A stretch of DNA of 64,000 nucleotides, taken from Tubiluchus corallicola. Taxonomy: Eukaryota; Animalia; Priapulida. Below the pieces are notes generated by a model that was given only the letters and a program-made list of their open reading frames with translations, ran no database searches and was not told where the DNA came from. The stretch lies in assembly GCA_030141605.1 (NCBI GenBank), contig JAQGDQ010000267.1, positions 249,115-313,114 of the forward strand. The letters run 5' to 3'. Shown one piece after another: positions 25,114 to 39,541 of the stretch; the first letter of the stretch is position 1; the number at the start of each line of letters is the position of its first letter. Position numbers and translations under genes: made by a program.

Positions 25114-26737
25114 GAAATGGTTACAAAACACTAGTTTAACGTGTTGACCAAAAGTTTCTTTATTCTGAAAGACAATTATTAACATTTAGTTTAACTTGAA
25201 TTGAATAGAAGAAAATTAGTTGCATGATTATATGTATTGCTATAACTAAGTACTGATATTTAAGATTATGTAAACTATATTGAAATTAATTAACAATAAC
25301 TTACGTTGTTAGAGCCTTTAACAGTTTTAAAGACAGAAATGAGATAGTATCAAAGTTTAGTTTAAACATAGTTTATAATGTTCTTGGTTTCTTTAAAGTG
25401 GCAGTTTGCTTGTTTGTATTACAGATATTAATGAGTGTTTGTCATTCCCCTTTCATGGTTCGTGTAATGATAAAGTTAATGAATGCAGTTGTAAATGTGA
25501 AGCTGAATACAATGGATTTAATTGTCAACAAGGTATATGTTAAGTCTTACATCAACTCAACACATAAGTTTACATGGATAGTTACCTCCATGCAACATAT
25601 TTTACAAAAATGAATTGTGGTATTTTTAATTAGTTCAGTTTGTCACTTCTGTCCTTTTCTGAAGTCAAACAGGTATCAAAGTTTACTTCCTAAACATACG
25701 TGATAACACAGGTATTGGCTTCTTTAAGGTTACCGTTTGTTTATTTGTTTTACAGACATTGATGAGTGTTTTTCATCTCCCTGTGTGCATGGTTCATGTA
25801 TTGATAAAGTTAATGAATACAACTGTAGTTGTGAAACTTGATACAGTGGAACCAAATGTGAAGAAAGTGCGCGTAATATATACATATTAATATGTATAGA
25901 AATATGAAAAGATGAAGAAATTGAATTAGTTGCTTTCCTAATATTATAAATTATGTGACATTAAGCATATAAATCTATCAGGCTGTTTGAATATCAAGCT
26001 TTGCTTTTAGCTGAACAGAGAACAGACTTTTACGGTAGTGTTTTATTCAGGTGAAGCTGTTAGCATAATAAAAAAATTTTGAGTAGCAATTGAATATTTT
26101 TCCCACTAAAGCTACTGAAGATCGCTGACTAGGCAATTCCTTTTTGGCACTGTGTAAGTTAATTTATGTTCTATCGCCAGTTGCATGTCTTTTGCAGACA
26201 TTCTTCCTTGACTTAACTTAAATTCACTGATTTGCCACCAAGATCGGTTTTACCACCATGATAGGCCTACAATGAGTAGTCCATGTTTGGTTAGCCAGTC
26301 ATGCAAAATTTTCGAGTTCGAAACCTCTTGCAGTTTGTGTTTACTCCGTGTTGCCCATAGCAGCTGTCAAGCCTAGACTAATGTCTAAGAATTTTGAGCA
26401 GTTAAGATACATAAGCAAAAACATTTAAAAAATATAGTGAAATTTGTTGTGAGGCAGGCCTCTACCAAACGTTGGAGGGTAAAATTGTTTACTAAACTAC
26501 ACAGCAATTGTTCTCTGATTCAGTCAGCTGATTCATCACGCGCACCCCAAATGTTTAGATGGCATGTATATGCAGAGAAAGATCACGAGGTTGGTTCAAA
26601 AGTGTGTGCCATCAAAAGCTGGTTGTACCATCTTTCTAATCGCATGTAATTTTTGTAATGTTCAACACGGCACCCACAGTTTGCCAAACAACAAATCATA
26701 GAATTTGTATTGTAAAATGTTTACTTCGAGTCTAGCA

Positions 26738-26839
<102 letters not shown>

Positions 26840-28417
26840 AGCTTGCAGTTTATACGTAAGACTTTATCTCACAATCACTGCTAAAACTGAAAGCAGTCTT
26901 CTTTGTCCTATATTCCATCATTCCAACAGAAAGTTTCGTGGAAGTCAGCAAAGTCTTGCAAACAAACAAGCAAGCAAGTTTTCTAGCTAACTAACTAACT
27001 AAGGGCAATGAAAGCATAAGAATATATGGAGCAAATAATAAGCTTATAAATAAATGAGTTTATGCAGTTGAATAAACTAGCGTGGTGATTATTAAATTTT
27101 ACTGATGAACTAAACTTAAAATTAACATTTCAAGACAACTTCATTATCCTTTGCAGCTGTGCAAAATGTGACAACAGAAGCGCCACCAAGGTTTTATAAT
27201 ATTACCGAAACTTTCTGCATGGACACTAACTACAAAGAGGCATCATGGCAGTGGCCTGAGGGAAGACTGGATCTCACATCGCCAAATGTTTGTTACGATG
27301 ATCGCATCTCGGCTGGTATTAGATTTTTGCAAGGTGTTACGAGTTGGAATTACGAAAAATGTTACACTGCTTTTTTAAACATAGAATCACCAAAAAGAAC
27401 TGATTCTGGAATTTACACGCTCACAGTAATATGGGGGGGGGGGGGGGGCTTGAGAACTATTATTGGCGAGTTTAGAACAATGGTTGAAATTTCTTGAAAC
27501 CTGAATGGGAGCAAATTCTTATTTGCATTTTTTTGCATTGCATCCTTGAGTCTGAACGCATAAGATTAATCTAGCTCAAATTTAATTGAGTTATAATTTG
27601 ACAAAATCACCAAAGGTTATACAAGATGTTCGAAAATTAGAACACAGCAGAAACGCGACAGAATGAATCTTTACGTCAACGTTATGACATCATAGTGGCA
27701 CAAAATAATAATCGATTTCTACATCATTATTGCAATTTTCCTAACAAATAATTTGATATGACCACACAAGCCAGATCCTGTTTGGTATAATCTTGGTGTC
27801 ATTATAACATTTGCTATTTTTGAATAGTTTTAGTAAATTAGTAAGTTTGTTGCAGCTTGTCACCATAACTCTGTGCATCCGTGCTCCGGTGCTCCGTGAA
27901 TTTGTATGATGCAATGCGCATGAATAGCCAAGAAGGCACGTGAAACTGGAAGTCCTGAATTATAAAAACCAACAATTTTTGAATAACAAAGATCAGAACT
28001 AGACATGTGAGGTACAAGTCTGCATTCAGTCATCGCAACACACGCTCGCTGGCTCCAGACCAGGTCCTTTTGCTAAACCTAGGGATGCGCAATAGGTGTC
28101 ATGCCTTATTTGGACATGGCAACTTGGCAGGTTCTGTAGAGCAACTAAAATCTATCCACTCACTAACATCTGCGCAGCCAGAGCCTGCAAATCAGGCTTC
28201 CCGAGTTATGCTAAGTGAGTCATACTAAAACAATATCAATTATAAACTAATTAGACATTCTGTCATTACCACACGTGTGTAAAAGCTATGAAAGCTACCC
28301 CATAATCAAAGCTACTGTTAGTCGTTTATTCACTCAGTCAGTCATCCGCGCAATGATACAGAAACACTACCACCTGTAAAAAAGTGAAGTGAAAGTAAAC
28401 TTAATCTTTTTATTTCA

Positions 28418-29340
28418 GAGATATAGCTCATGGAAACTCAAGCTGATATGATAGGTCCTAAAATAGGACAGTTAGCTCAAAAGTGTTGTACTCAACTATA
28501 TTCTGTTTGTGCGTTTCCTTTATCGTCAGCTATCGCAACAGATTTAACTTTTAGAAATTTTGATTACAATAAAAATTTCAAAAACATAACAATTGCATAA
28601 AATGTATTCACATTATAAAAACAAAGCCACAAAACGCTTCAACTCCTGTTTGGTCTAAACTGTAATCGTTCAGAACGTGTAGTTAAGAAAGTAATAAAAT
28701 TGTTGAACTGTCATTGCCATTATCCTGAAAACCTCCACCATTACCCAGCTCACTGTCCTTTTTAAACCATTATCTTGCCAGTAAAAGTGACTTTAATGTC
28801 TTACGCAGAGCTAACACCGAATTAGGTATTAATTAAAGAGAGTGTGAACATTACTGAACACAAGCCTGCTTCAAACAATGAGCTAAGTTCTATCCCTTTC
28901 ACTCTTTTCGCTTGAAATTCTCCATTCATAAGTTGCTCCACCATGTAGCTCCGCTCACATGCATTTTACTAATTTTTGTGTGTTGTTTGGGCATCAAGCT
29001 GTAATGCAAGTGAGCACTTAGCTTTTCATCAATGTTCAGTAAGAACGTAATGTTATAATAGAATGTTCCGGTGTAACTAGTAGAGACTGACCATTGTCCA
29101 AAATTTGGAAAATCCCACATTCTGATTATTTAACATGCGTGATACAAATTTGCAGTGGAGACAGTATGATACAAGTTTTCTACTGTACTATTACTCCAAG
29201 CACAATATTTTAAACTCACTAATTGCATACATATATGGCAGCACTACAATGCAGTTCCGAATAGTCTATGATCCTGCGCCGAGGTATGACGGAGGCGGTG
29301 AATTTTTATTAGTCAAGTGTACTTGAAGGGATATTACTAA
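28418..29340 (+). pseudogene. Probable further degraded Ig exon(s) of the LRR-EGF-Ig pseudogene
   Basis: Acceptor tttatttcag near 28418; fragments such as ERNVIIECSGVTSRD*PLSKIWK (Ig C...W pattern) with stops. Confidence 0.3.
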
Positions 29341-29557
29341 TCCAGGCGCATTTTTGGTTAAAATGTTTGCAACGATACAAAATTCGTCTGTTTGGGCCAG
29401 TCGACACTGAAGTAGCATTGTTCTTTGAGTAATAAGTCTTTTGCTTTTCGTAAGAGCTACGATTATATTTTTGAAGTTCTCAATAATGCCGATATTATGA
29501 TATCTCTTGTTTTTGGCATGTTCCTTTCAATTCACGAAATAAGGAGGAAGAATTTTG

Positions 29558-32500
29558 TTAGACAGGGTGGCCCTCAGGTGTGAGGCCTTTGAAGGAAAAT
29601 GTCAATATCCATCCTGAAAATAAAAACAGTTTTAGTAAATTTATAATAATAGTACGTGAAGTGTTCATCAAAGTTAGACATTTTAGGCTTTTAAATAAAG
29701 TTCAAGATGTAACTGAGAATATATCCTAAAGTAATCTCTTAGTCATTTTGAAAAGTATAAAAGAATCGTGTTTAGAAGCAAAAATGTGCTTTATCGATTG
29801 TATGAGTAACCAGTGCTACAAAAAGAAACAACGATCAAAAGTTACAATTAGAGCATGAGCGCATTATGGCCGAGATGGAGTTACATAAACTTGAATTGAC
29901 CGCTGCCAGTCCGGTCGGTCAGTCTCCAATGATGTCACAGTCCCTTCAATAGTCGCCAAGCGGACTCTACCGTTGATGAATTAAAGCTCATGAAAATACG
30001 TCCCTTTGATGAAACCTAGGACGACATACAAAAGTTTCTTGATTGGTTTCAAGCTTGTGCTGCTGCAAACAATATTGATAGAGCAGACTTCGCGGCGTGT
30101 ATTGGCCCATCTTTGTCTGGCAGAGCAGCAGACGCTTTTCAGCAGATTTCCGAGTCTGATACGCGGAACTACATGTACGTTCGCAAAGCTTTCTAAGCAA
30201 CGACGTTTACCTGGAGAGATTCCGCGGTACAATAAAGTTTAAGAATGAAAGTTATGGCCAGCTTTTCAGACGCTTGGATAATAGTTGGCGGGACTATCTT
30301 GAAGCCATACAAGCTAAGACTTTTGAGGCTGTTAATGAAGCAGTAGTAATTGAACAAGCGCTTAGTTTAACGCCACACAATTTGGCCGCTTAGTTAAGGA
30401 TGGACAGCATCAGGACAATTGAGAAGATGGCCCAACGGGCAGATCAATTTGTCGAGACAAGTCACTTCCGTTCCTAGGAAAAATGTTCATTCATTTAAAA
30501 AGACTGGTAAATCCAATGTTTCCACGTCGCAAAGTGGAGGCGCGAGCGATACAAATATAAGCCAGAATTTTTTTGGATACATTATAGGCAAGAACCGCCT
30601 ACGTCCTCAACAGAAGAAGCTACAACAAATATGTGATTTTCCACGGCCACAAACAAAAACTCAAGTACGTAGATGCCTGGGAATGGTGGACTTCTACAGA
30701 CGTTTTATTGAAAACTTCAGTACTATCGCTGCACCTCTGTATTCTTTAACAGAAAAATATGCACCCACCCAAGTACCTTGGCCAGAAGCTTGTGAGAAGA
30801 GCTTTCGTACCCTTCAGAATGCTTTAACTTCTGACAGTGTTCTACATTCCCCTGATTATTCGAAACCACTTATCCTAACTACAGATGCCAGCTTTGTGGG
30901 CATTGGTGGTGTATTCACACAAGATCGTATGGATGGTTTGGGTGAAGTGCCTATCTCATATGTCAGTCGTAGTTATACCCACCGAAGTCAGATATTCTGT
31001 AGTTGAATGTGAACTTCTGAGTGTTGTACTTTGCGTGCAGAAGTTAAATTACTATTTAGAAGGCCGCCAGTTTACATTGCGCTCTGATCAAAGAAGTTTG
31101 CTTGCGCTCAGAAAAATGCGTAAGAATAACAGACGTTTATGTCACTGGGCACTTATTCTTTCAGAATACTTCTTTACAATGGAGCATATTGCTGGCGCTC
31201 AAAACCTTGTTGCTGATACTTTAAGTCGGAAATAAAGATAAAGCGTCAGAGCATGAAATGCCCAACAAGTTGTATTTGTTTTTCAATTTCAATAACTGAC
31301 AAACCCATCAAACACACAGGCAAGAAAACAAGTAAACACACAACCAAAGACACAAGCAAATAAAAAATAAACAAATAAACAGCCAGTAGCAAGCAAAGCT
31401 TAGCAAGCAAGCACGAAGCAAGTAAACAAATAATCGAAGTAACAATTGCGACAACAATGATAAAGGCTTCAGCAACGGTAATGGCAATGACAGCAACAGC
31501 AAAACTCATATGTAAAAAGCAAGTTTAGTTACAGAAAACGCTGGCACACTTGCCTGGCCAATAAGTTAATTTTAGCAACTAATTTATTAAGAAATGAAGT
31601 CAGCTCGAAAACAATAACAAGCACTTTTACCTACGAAGGTAAAGCCTGCCATTAGACTAAACATTCCAAACCACCCTAGTGTGTCTGTCAACGTAGAAGA
31701 CAAAACAGCTCCTATAATTGACGTAACAGCCTATTAAAATAAAATGATTACATAAGCAACTAAGTACAAACAAGTAAGGACTAAACAATAAAAAATCTTA
31801 AGGCTAGTATGCCGGTTGGTGATAGCAATGAAGTTCCAAAAATCATCTAATAGCCTAATGACGTTAAAGCAGTTTTTTTACTCACACTAAAATAGTTTAT
31901 CTAGACTACAGATAAGCGCAGTTAGACTAACACTCACATTTGAAACTGCCAGTTTATTGAAAATGCTCATTACGAAAACTTACAAAACCAGTGAAAACAA
32001 GCCCGTAGTTGACAGCGAAATATTTGCTTCCAAAAAGTCGACTAGTTGCTGTCGGAAACATCGAAAAGTTTCCAGAAAATGACAGATTTATTGCACATAT
32101 CCAGATGAGAAACATTGCGTTTCCTCCATATGGAGTTGTGATTAATGTGAAGAGAAAAAACATCATAGAGACTTGAAGACAAAGCATACACGTCTGGAAG
32201 AAGCAGAAAGAAACGTCTTTTTAGATTAATAATTTAGATTATAGATTAAAAATGAACTTCAATCCAAACGACATATTACTAACGCATTTTATAACTCGCG
32301 TGTAACAAGCCTACAAAGGCACATAAAATACATTCTTCATTTTAATTCCGGGGTAGTAAAATACTAATCTTCATATTTCTTCGAAGTCTTTGCTGCAAAT
32401 AATTCTTTTTTTATCAAGAATTTTTTGCAAGAACTTCTTAATTATAACGTTCTAAACATGGGGATTAATCAAGTTGACTAGAATTACTGGACAAAGGACT

Positions 32501-35500
32501 CACTGAACTCGAAACTGTGGACCAAAAAATCTGGTTCCTTCAATAGATTTAAAATAATTTTGTTCTAGTACACTCATTTGCAGATTTAGATTTAGGCTTT
32601 TAGCTTTTTTTGAACTAAAAATGGTAAGTAAAAAGTCGGTGCAGCCATTTTGAATTCAAGATGGCTAATCGGAAATCCGACACTTTAATCGATGCGGAAT
32701 TTATTCTAGAACGTTCCTATAAAGTTTGTGACAATCCATTCCAAACTGGTATAGAGCCATAGATTTTTTTCGAAAATCGTGTTATCGTTGCCGTCTTGAA
32801 TTCAAAGTGCCAGATCGAATATCGGATTCCAACAGTCAATGCATAATTCACTTTAGTATGCTTCTATGAGGTTTCATGATGATCCATTACGAAGTTATGG
32901 AGCTGTAAGCATTTTAAAAATGATGTTATTGCTGCCGTCTTGAATTTGAGACGGCAGATTATCGTTCCGAGTCTGCAGTCGACACAGAATTTGATAATAA
33001 TAAAATAATAATAATAATTCTTTCTAGTATATTTGTTTAAAGTTTCGTGATTATCCGTGGAAAACATGTTCGGGGCGCTATATTGAATTCAAAATGGCTC
33101 CATCACTCAATGTGCAGTTCATTATGGTGTATTCTTATACAGTTTTGCGACGATCGTTGCGAATTCGGATTCCTTAGGATTCTGCAGAACCTTGGGATTT
33201 TTTCGAAAAAATGTTACGCCGCTATCTTGAATTCAGAATGGCAGATCGACAACCCGACTCAGTCAGTCGATGCAGAATTCGCTTTAGCGTATTAGTGTGA
33301 AATTTCATTACAATCCAAAAGAAAAGCGATTTTGGTCGAGATCATCGTTTACGATTAATAGATTTTATCAGATTATTGTGACTGCAAAATATATAGACAA
33401 ATTTAAACACAAAAACACACACACACAAACACTATGACAACAAATTACAAATAAGAACGGTTTTTCTCAAGTAATAAAAGGCTAAAGTTTAATACGTGGT
33501 TTACAGTTCAGTCATGCTGTTAAAAATGTCAAGTATTGTGCACACAAGATCTTAGAACAACGTACAGATCACAAAGTGATCGATTGTCGTGATCCGTATT
33601 AATTAACATCTAAGCGAAAAATGTCGAAATTTGCGGAAAATAAAACACGTAATTAACTCGTTGATACTCCTCTCGGTGGACCTGCCCTAACATATAGCCC
33701 ACATCATCGTGTAGCCCTGTCCTTCCTCTTTGTAAAGAAGCCCATATCTCCTTCCTAGAGTCCCACCGGGCGACGCTAGAACGTTTTTCCCGCATGCTGT
33801 TTGGTCAAAATTTCGAAAAAATCGCGAGTTGGGTCCGGGAAAACGCCCGTTGCGGGGCGCCCTGGCCCTCTCGGGAATTCTAAATATGCCTACTACACCC
33901 ACCGCTGAACGGGCTATCTATCCGTACCCAGTACCCCACTCGGCCCGTTCCCGTTCTCTACATCTCAGCCGTATAACTTTTGCAAAAAACGGCCGAAAAG
34001 GGCCATTTTTGGAGGTTTTTCGCCCCCCTTCCTTCCGGTGGGCCCAATTCGAAAAATAAACCATCAATGGCACGACACTAGATCGAGACCTTTCGTTTGA
34101 TGTATAGATCGCTGCAAATGATGCCCTCGTCCGGGCTGTAGCCTCGAATCTTATATATATATAAATAAATTAAGCCCATACCAAGAATATTAATATTAGA
34201 GTATAGATTCTGATTTCATTCGTAGACAACGGTTTAATTCATAAAAAATTCAGCGTCAAACAATGTTGTATGAACAGCAACAGAATCTTTATCAACCGCT
34301 CTACTACAAAAAAGACAAAGAACACAGCAAAAAAGAGAAAGGATTATAACTTACACGAAATGTGAGTTTATCACAAAGGAGACCCCAAAGAATTCTTCCT
34401 GCACAGTTACAAACTGAGGCGAATGAACCAACTAGAGCTAAAAATCTATCATCAGATATGAATGTTTGACCGTACGCCTGAAAACACTCTTAAAGTAAAT
34501 AAACAAAATAAAAAATGTGTTCACTTTATGTTTAATACGTTTTCACCTTTTATTAGCAATACTCAACCATTTTTGACAATTTTTTGCTAAAAGAATGAAA
34601 TGTAAACCCGCTAAGGTTTCCAGATTACGTCTTACACGGGTTAAAATGCGAACTTTTATGTTTCGTTCTTTTTTATTTTTACGTTTATATTTCAAATCAA
34701 CTTGTGCAAAATGTCTTTGACGTCAATGAGGTAATAATGACGTTGTCATATTACATCTGAAGTAATCATCAAAATAAAAATTTATATGAACGCACAGCAA
34801 TTATTTGAAAAATATTTATACTTGAAGATGAACACGAACACAACTTTTCCGATGCCGTTGCAAAATGATGATTTCGCGAGCTGAAAATGTTCAATTTTTG
34901 AGCCAAAATTTATCGTTCACTACAAGCCTACCAAACACCATCAAATGTTGAGGAATATTGCTGGATCTAGACAGACGAATAAATTCAAAAATTCAAATCC
35001 AAACATTCAATACGAATTCAATATAATTACAAGAGGATCTGGCTTATAATAGTTTCAATTTCCTATCACAAGGCGTGGTTGTGACTAATATTCTATAACT
35101 AGTGTTGAGTGTCTACAGTGTTGGAGTTGTCATCTACTTAATTTATTATTGAACTCAGCATGCAAGCTGGTATGTCTTTAATACACCGTATGAAAAAGTT
35201 ATTTGAGCAAATCAGAAAATTCACCTTATAAAGCGTTGACATGAACAACACGGCTTGATTATTCAGGAAAAATAAAAGCCAAATTGTCCAAAATTCTCTG
35301 GTTTTTAGCACCTCCTTTGGGTGAATGTAAAGACCTTGATGTAGTTCTTTGTCTAAGGCACACAGTCTGCTGCTCAGACTAGTTCCTGCTCTTACCAATG
35401 GAGTTTGTTCTCCCTAAAATTGAAAAAAAGGCGATCCATTAACACGACTCCCTACAGTTTTTACAAGAACACCAAATACTAAGAGTTCAATGTTTTTTAA

Positions 35501-37579
35501 ATCTATAAGAAGAAATGTGCAAAAAGCTGAATCGTTCATATGAAAACTGCGGGTAATTGGCTCCACAGATTACTGTTGGCTTAGTGGATACAGCATTTAC
35601 CTTGTAAGTATGAGAGCCAGATTCAAGTTCTTATCCAGAAGTTAATTTCTTGTCACTTGATATCATGCAAATATTCGCAAAAATAACACTCTAAAATGAG
35701 ACATTGAACCAGCAAAGGTGTCTTAGTCGTGTTCGAGATAAATGACTATGTAAATAAAACCGTTTATATGCACTTTTCCCGGTAGACACCCATCTTTTTT
35801 TACTGACCACGATTTGCAATCCTTTATTTCATTTGTAAAACACAAGCTATCATTCATCACTCAACTATGCGAATGAATATTTCACTTACTTCTAGAATCA
35901 CTTACTGAAATTGAAGACTATAATAGAAAAACGAAATAGGGGAAAGAATCTGGCAAAATAAAGCGACCTTATCAGTGAATTCGGAAAGAACAGAAGAAAG
36001 AAAGGAAGAAATGAATAAACGAGAAAAGGAATGAAAGTACGAAAATAATAAGGAAAAAACAAACAAAGAAAAAACAAGAAATAAAGAAAGATATGATTGT
36101 ATAACTAACCAACTAAGATAAGCAATAAGATAAATAAAGTGCGGAATAAGGAACCAAATACTGAATAATGGGGAGAAACAGAAAAAAAGTAGAGAAAAGA
36201 GGGAGGCGATGAAAAAATGACAGATAGACGAACCACGTGATAAGCCGGTGGCGTTGACAACAGTAATCCTGCGACGAGCACCATGGCTGCATAAATACAT
36301 CCGAACAACAAAAAACACCATGGAACTTTGTCTAAAAGACTGTCCTCACAAAAGTACCTAGATACACAAGTAAAGAATCATTGTGGTGTAAAAAAAAAAC
36401 GCGTCAAAACTTTTTGTTGAAGACAAATGAGAGCAAAAATACCATCAAATAAGTAACTATCTTTAGCGCAGCGAGCCGTTGTTCTATCCAACAAAATGTC
36501 CGCTAGCGTCACCTATTGAGCAATGTATGAAATATAACAAATACTAACCGAATACTTACAAGACACCATCGCCATCAATATCACAGTTTGGACTTCGATT
36601 TTCTGGATTTATGAAAGCTGTATGCAACTGAACGAATAATATAGACGAGGCTCCAAATCCACCAACAATAATGCCTGATATTAACCCCTTGCTACGGCTA
36701 AACCACTGAAAAAACGTCTAATATTTTGATACCAAAATGAAAAACAGGAAATGTGACAAGATCGGAAGGCAGCCTGGATTTGAAACAAGGACATGCTTAC
36801 ATTGCAAAATAAAAAAAATGATTCGATAAATTGCCTTAGTGTGAGTGATCTCACACTGGAAATACTAAATTTGGTTGTTCAGCTGTAAGGGATGAACGTT
36901 GGACTTCTTTGACCCCTGGGCTATGCAGTAGGTTAGTCGTTAAAGGGTCTGCAAGGTAAGCAGAAAATCTCATGGTCAAATCTTGGTTCTATTCCCACTT
37001 TCCACATTTCCTGTCTTCCAACTGTGGTATCAAAAATTTAATTAATTATGAGTTTTGTGCTACCATGTCTTAAATAATTTTTGCTTTAACTGACACTATA
37101 GGTTTTACATGTCAAATGTAGACCTACGTTAAGTCAAATGTAGATTTAGGTAATTTAAATGTGTCTTGGTAACTCAAATGTAGACTTAGGTAGTTCAAAT
37201 GTATTAACATTGGTTTTCAACAAATCTTAAGCGTTTTTTAGTAAGTCAAATGTAGACACATGTCAAGTCAAATGTCCTATGTCTGCATTTGAGTTACCGA
37301 AACACATTCGAAATTCCTATGTCTACATTTGATTTACCTAAGTCACATTTGTGTTACCAAAACACATTCGAAATTCCTATGTTTACATTTGACTCACCTA
37401 AGTCACATTTGAACTTTCCTGTGTCTACATTTAACGTGTAAAACCTATATTAGGCATCGTTAATTCTGAGAATAATTGCATCATCAGCTTTGCCATTAAT
37501 ATCATCATCATAGAGAATGAATGCGTCATTCTATCATGAAAAAAGGATGCGTCAAACCTATGTAGAATGAACGCATCAT

Positions 37580-37611
<32 letters not shown>

Positions 37612-39541
37612 GCATCAAAAATGAATGCGTCATCACAATTATCATTATAATTATCATCATTTCCATCATCTTCTTCGTCATCATCATCATCATCATCATC
37701 ATCAATAATGTCAGTTGTCTGATTAGCATTAAGGCAAAAAACAATGTCAAACCTGCATTGCACAGTGTAGAGGAGGGGCATAGGCTATTCCAACACCTGC
37801 CCCAAACAGAAACCCATTTGTGAAGAAGACCAGACCAAAAGAGGTGTCTAGGGTTAAGTACGTCAATGCAAAGCCACCACTAAAACAGATTGAAGAAATA
37901 GCGTTTTCAAGCTATAGAAGTTTTACCTGCAAAGAAATCTAATATATATATGTCTTTACCATATTAAAATTTACAGACTTATAAATATCATTGATCTTAA
38001 CGTGGCTAAGACGCTTCTGCCAATTCAGTGTCTCATTTCATTTGAGAAAAATTTTTGTCATTATTAATTACATTCCGGTCCTGCTACAAGCAACAACATT
38101 TGCAGACCCTATAGTCAAAAATACAAGACGACTTACAGTGTATCAAGCTATGCAAAATAGGCGCTGATATACATGCAGTTGATAACTGTATAGTCTAAAT
38201 TTTAATAAAAATCATAAATATAAACTTTAATAACTCTAACATTTGGTAGTGATTTTTGTTCACATACTCAAGTTCATAACGCACAGCATATGCGCGCGTG
38301 CTTACATGCACACACGAAGGCACCTATGCACACATACACGCACGCAATCTTTTTTGAAAATTATTTTACAAGTAACGTTTCAGTAATATTGAAAAAATGA
38401 CTAACAAAAGACGCCTGACCAAAGCTGGATGACCATCACAAACTAAAATTACAAAAGTGAGATAACAAAAGTCTCTCGTCACTAATCACTATTCATTAGT
38501 CACGAATCACTAGCCACTTGGAATCGAATATTTTTTTAAATTAGCTGTTAATATTGATGTCTAGTTCAAATTTTTTTTGGAAATTATGAAATTATTCATA
38601 GTATTGTTAGTTGATTATAACAACAATGGAATTGTGTTTAACCAAAGGTTTTCGTGTATATATATCGTTTTGCAGCACTTTTGACTGAGAAATTTGCCAC
38701 AAATGTGGCGTTACATGATTTAGTATACCTTGCTATCAATCCACCCAAAAGGCTAGTCCATCTTGGTCCAACCTTGTGTTCCAGAAGGCCACCAGCAAAC
38801 ATGAAACTTCCCTGACCGCAAGCGGCTAAAGCGATTATCCAGGCAGCGTCAGGATAAGTTGCTGATGTTGAATGACCTCGTAATTTGACATAAGAGACCA
38901 CGTAGGGTATTAAATTACCTACAAGAAGCCTTAGCTGAACCAAACATGAATTATTAACAACATATCAAAGCTCTTAACATAGTGAGAAATACTTTTCCAT
39001 TCTGATAAACAAAACGGTACTCAGGTTAGTCTCAGCTAACTGTAAAATCATTCTTTTGTGTTCAGTATTGGATTGCACTTTATAAAAAGTACGAGACAAA
39101 ACTGAGTCCACAGCGCTTATCTTAGTAACTTCCTGAATGATGTATACGTTTTCCATTCACACTGACATCACACAAACTTCTGATATGCAGCAAAACATTA
39201 TGGACTCGCTTTATTTCAATGTGTTAACAGCTTTATAAGCTTATTGGCCAGTATGCTAGGGTTGACAACATATTACTGTGACATGAAGTTAATATTGTTT
39301 GCAGTCCGATAGACATAATCTGGCTGTCTTTTGGACAGCATTTGCGTTTTAAGTAAGGGTGAAGAATAATGAATGAATATGTTCAGTTAAAATCTCAAGG
39401 AACAGAATTGTTAATTAACTACCGACATTATATTTTCAAACATGAACTGAGAAAATACTTACCGAAGGAGTACGTGCTACCTAAAGTAAAGTGAAGCAAA
39501 AAACCTCCCAAAACGGTGATGTATCCTCTGAATTTCGTCAT
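29558..39541 (-). CDS. MFS transporter, oxalate:formate antiporter (OFA)-like, ~447 aa; exons 39541-39463, 38918-38729, 37879-37753, 36705-36560, 36357-36234, 35413-35225, 34477-34355, 32193-31984, 31730-31631, 29613-29558
   Basis: All junctions GT-AG with matching phase and no stops; motifs GGFLLHFTLGSTYSFGN, GAGVGIAYAPPL, WF...KGLISGIIVGGFG, GRILWGLLCDK, FGSKYFAVNYGLVF; ends GLTPEGHPV*. Confidence 0.9.
29850..31235 (+). mobile_element. Degraded Ty3/Gypsy (Gmr1-like) remnant in the last MFS intron
   Basis: gag-like DDIQKFLDWF...LSGRAADAF and VVIEQAL...MAQRADQF; RT C-terminus GMVDFYRRFIENFSTIAAPL; RNase H LTTDAS...YSVVECELL...NLVADTLSR*; frameshifted. Confidence 0.88.
32635..33360. repeat. 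Interspersed element with ~145-bp sub-repeats, each carrying a GCCATTTTGAATTCAAGATGGC-type palindrome
   Basis: Related cores near 32644, 32790, 32934, 33077, 33221. Confidence 0.65.
33610..34165. mobile_element. GC-rich non-autonomous interspersed repeat; diverged relative at ~24260-24490
   Basis: Shared atcgtgtagccc...gagtcccacc...gtcaaaattt..aaaaaatcg.gagttgg; abrupt composition shift. Confidence 0.6.
37097..37449. mobile_element. MITE-like element with TIRs and internal ~21-bp repeats in opposite orientations
   Basis: tataggttttacatgtcaaatgtagac ... gtctacatttaacgtgtaaaacctata. Confidence 0.7.

Noticed and set aside
25839-25841. In-frame TGA as selenocysteine
   Set aside because: It replaces the Gly of the EGF GY motif, not a Cys, and the gene has other lesions
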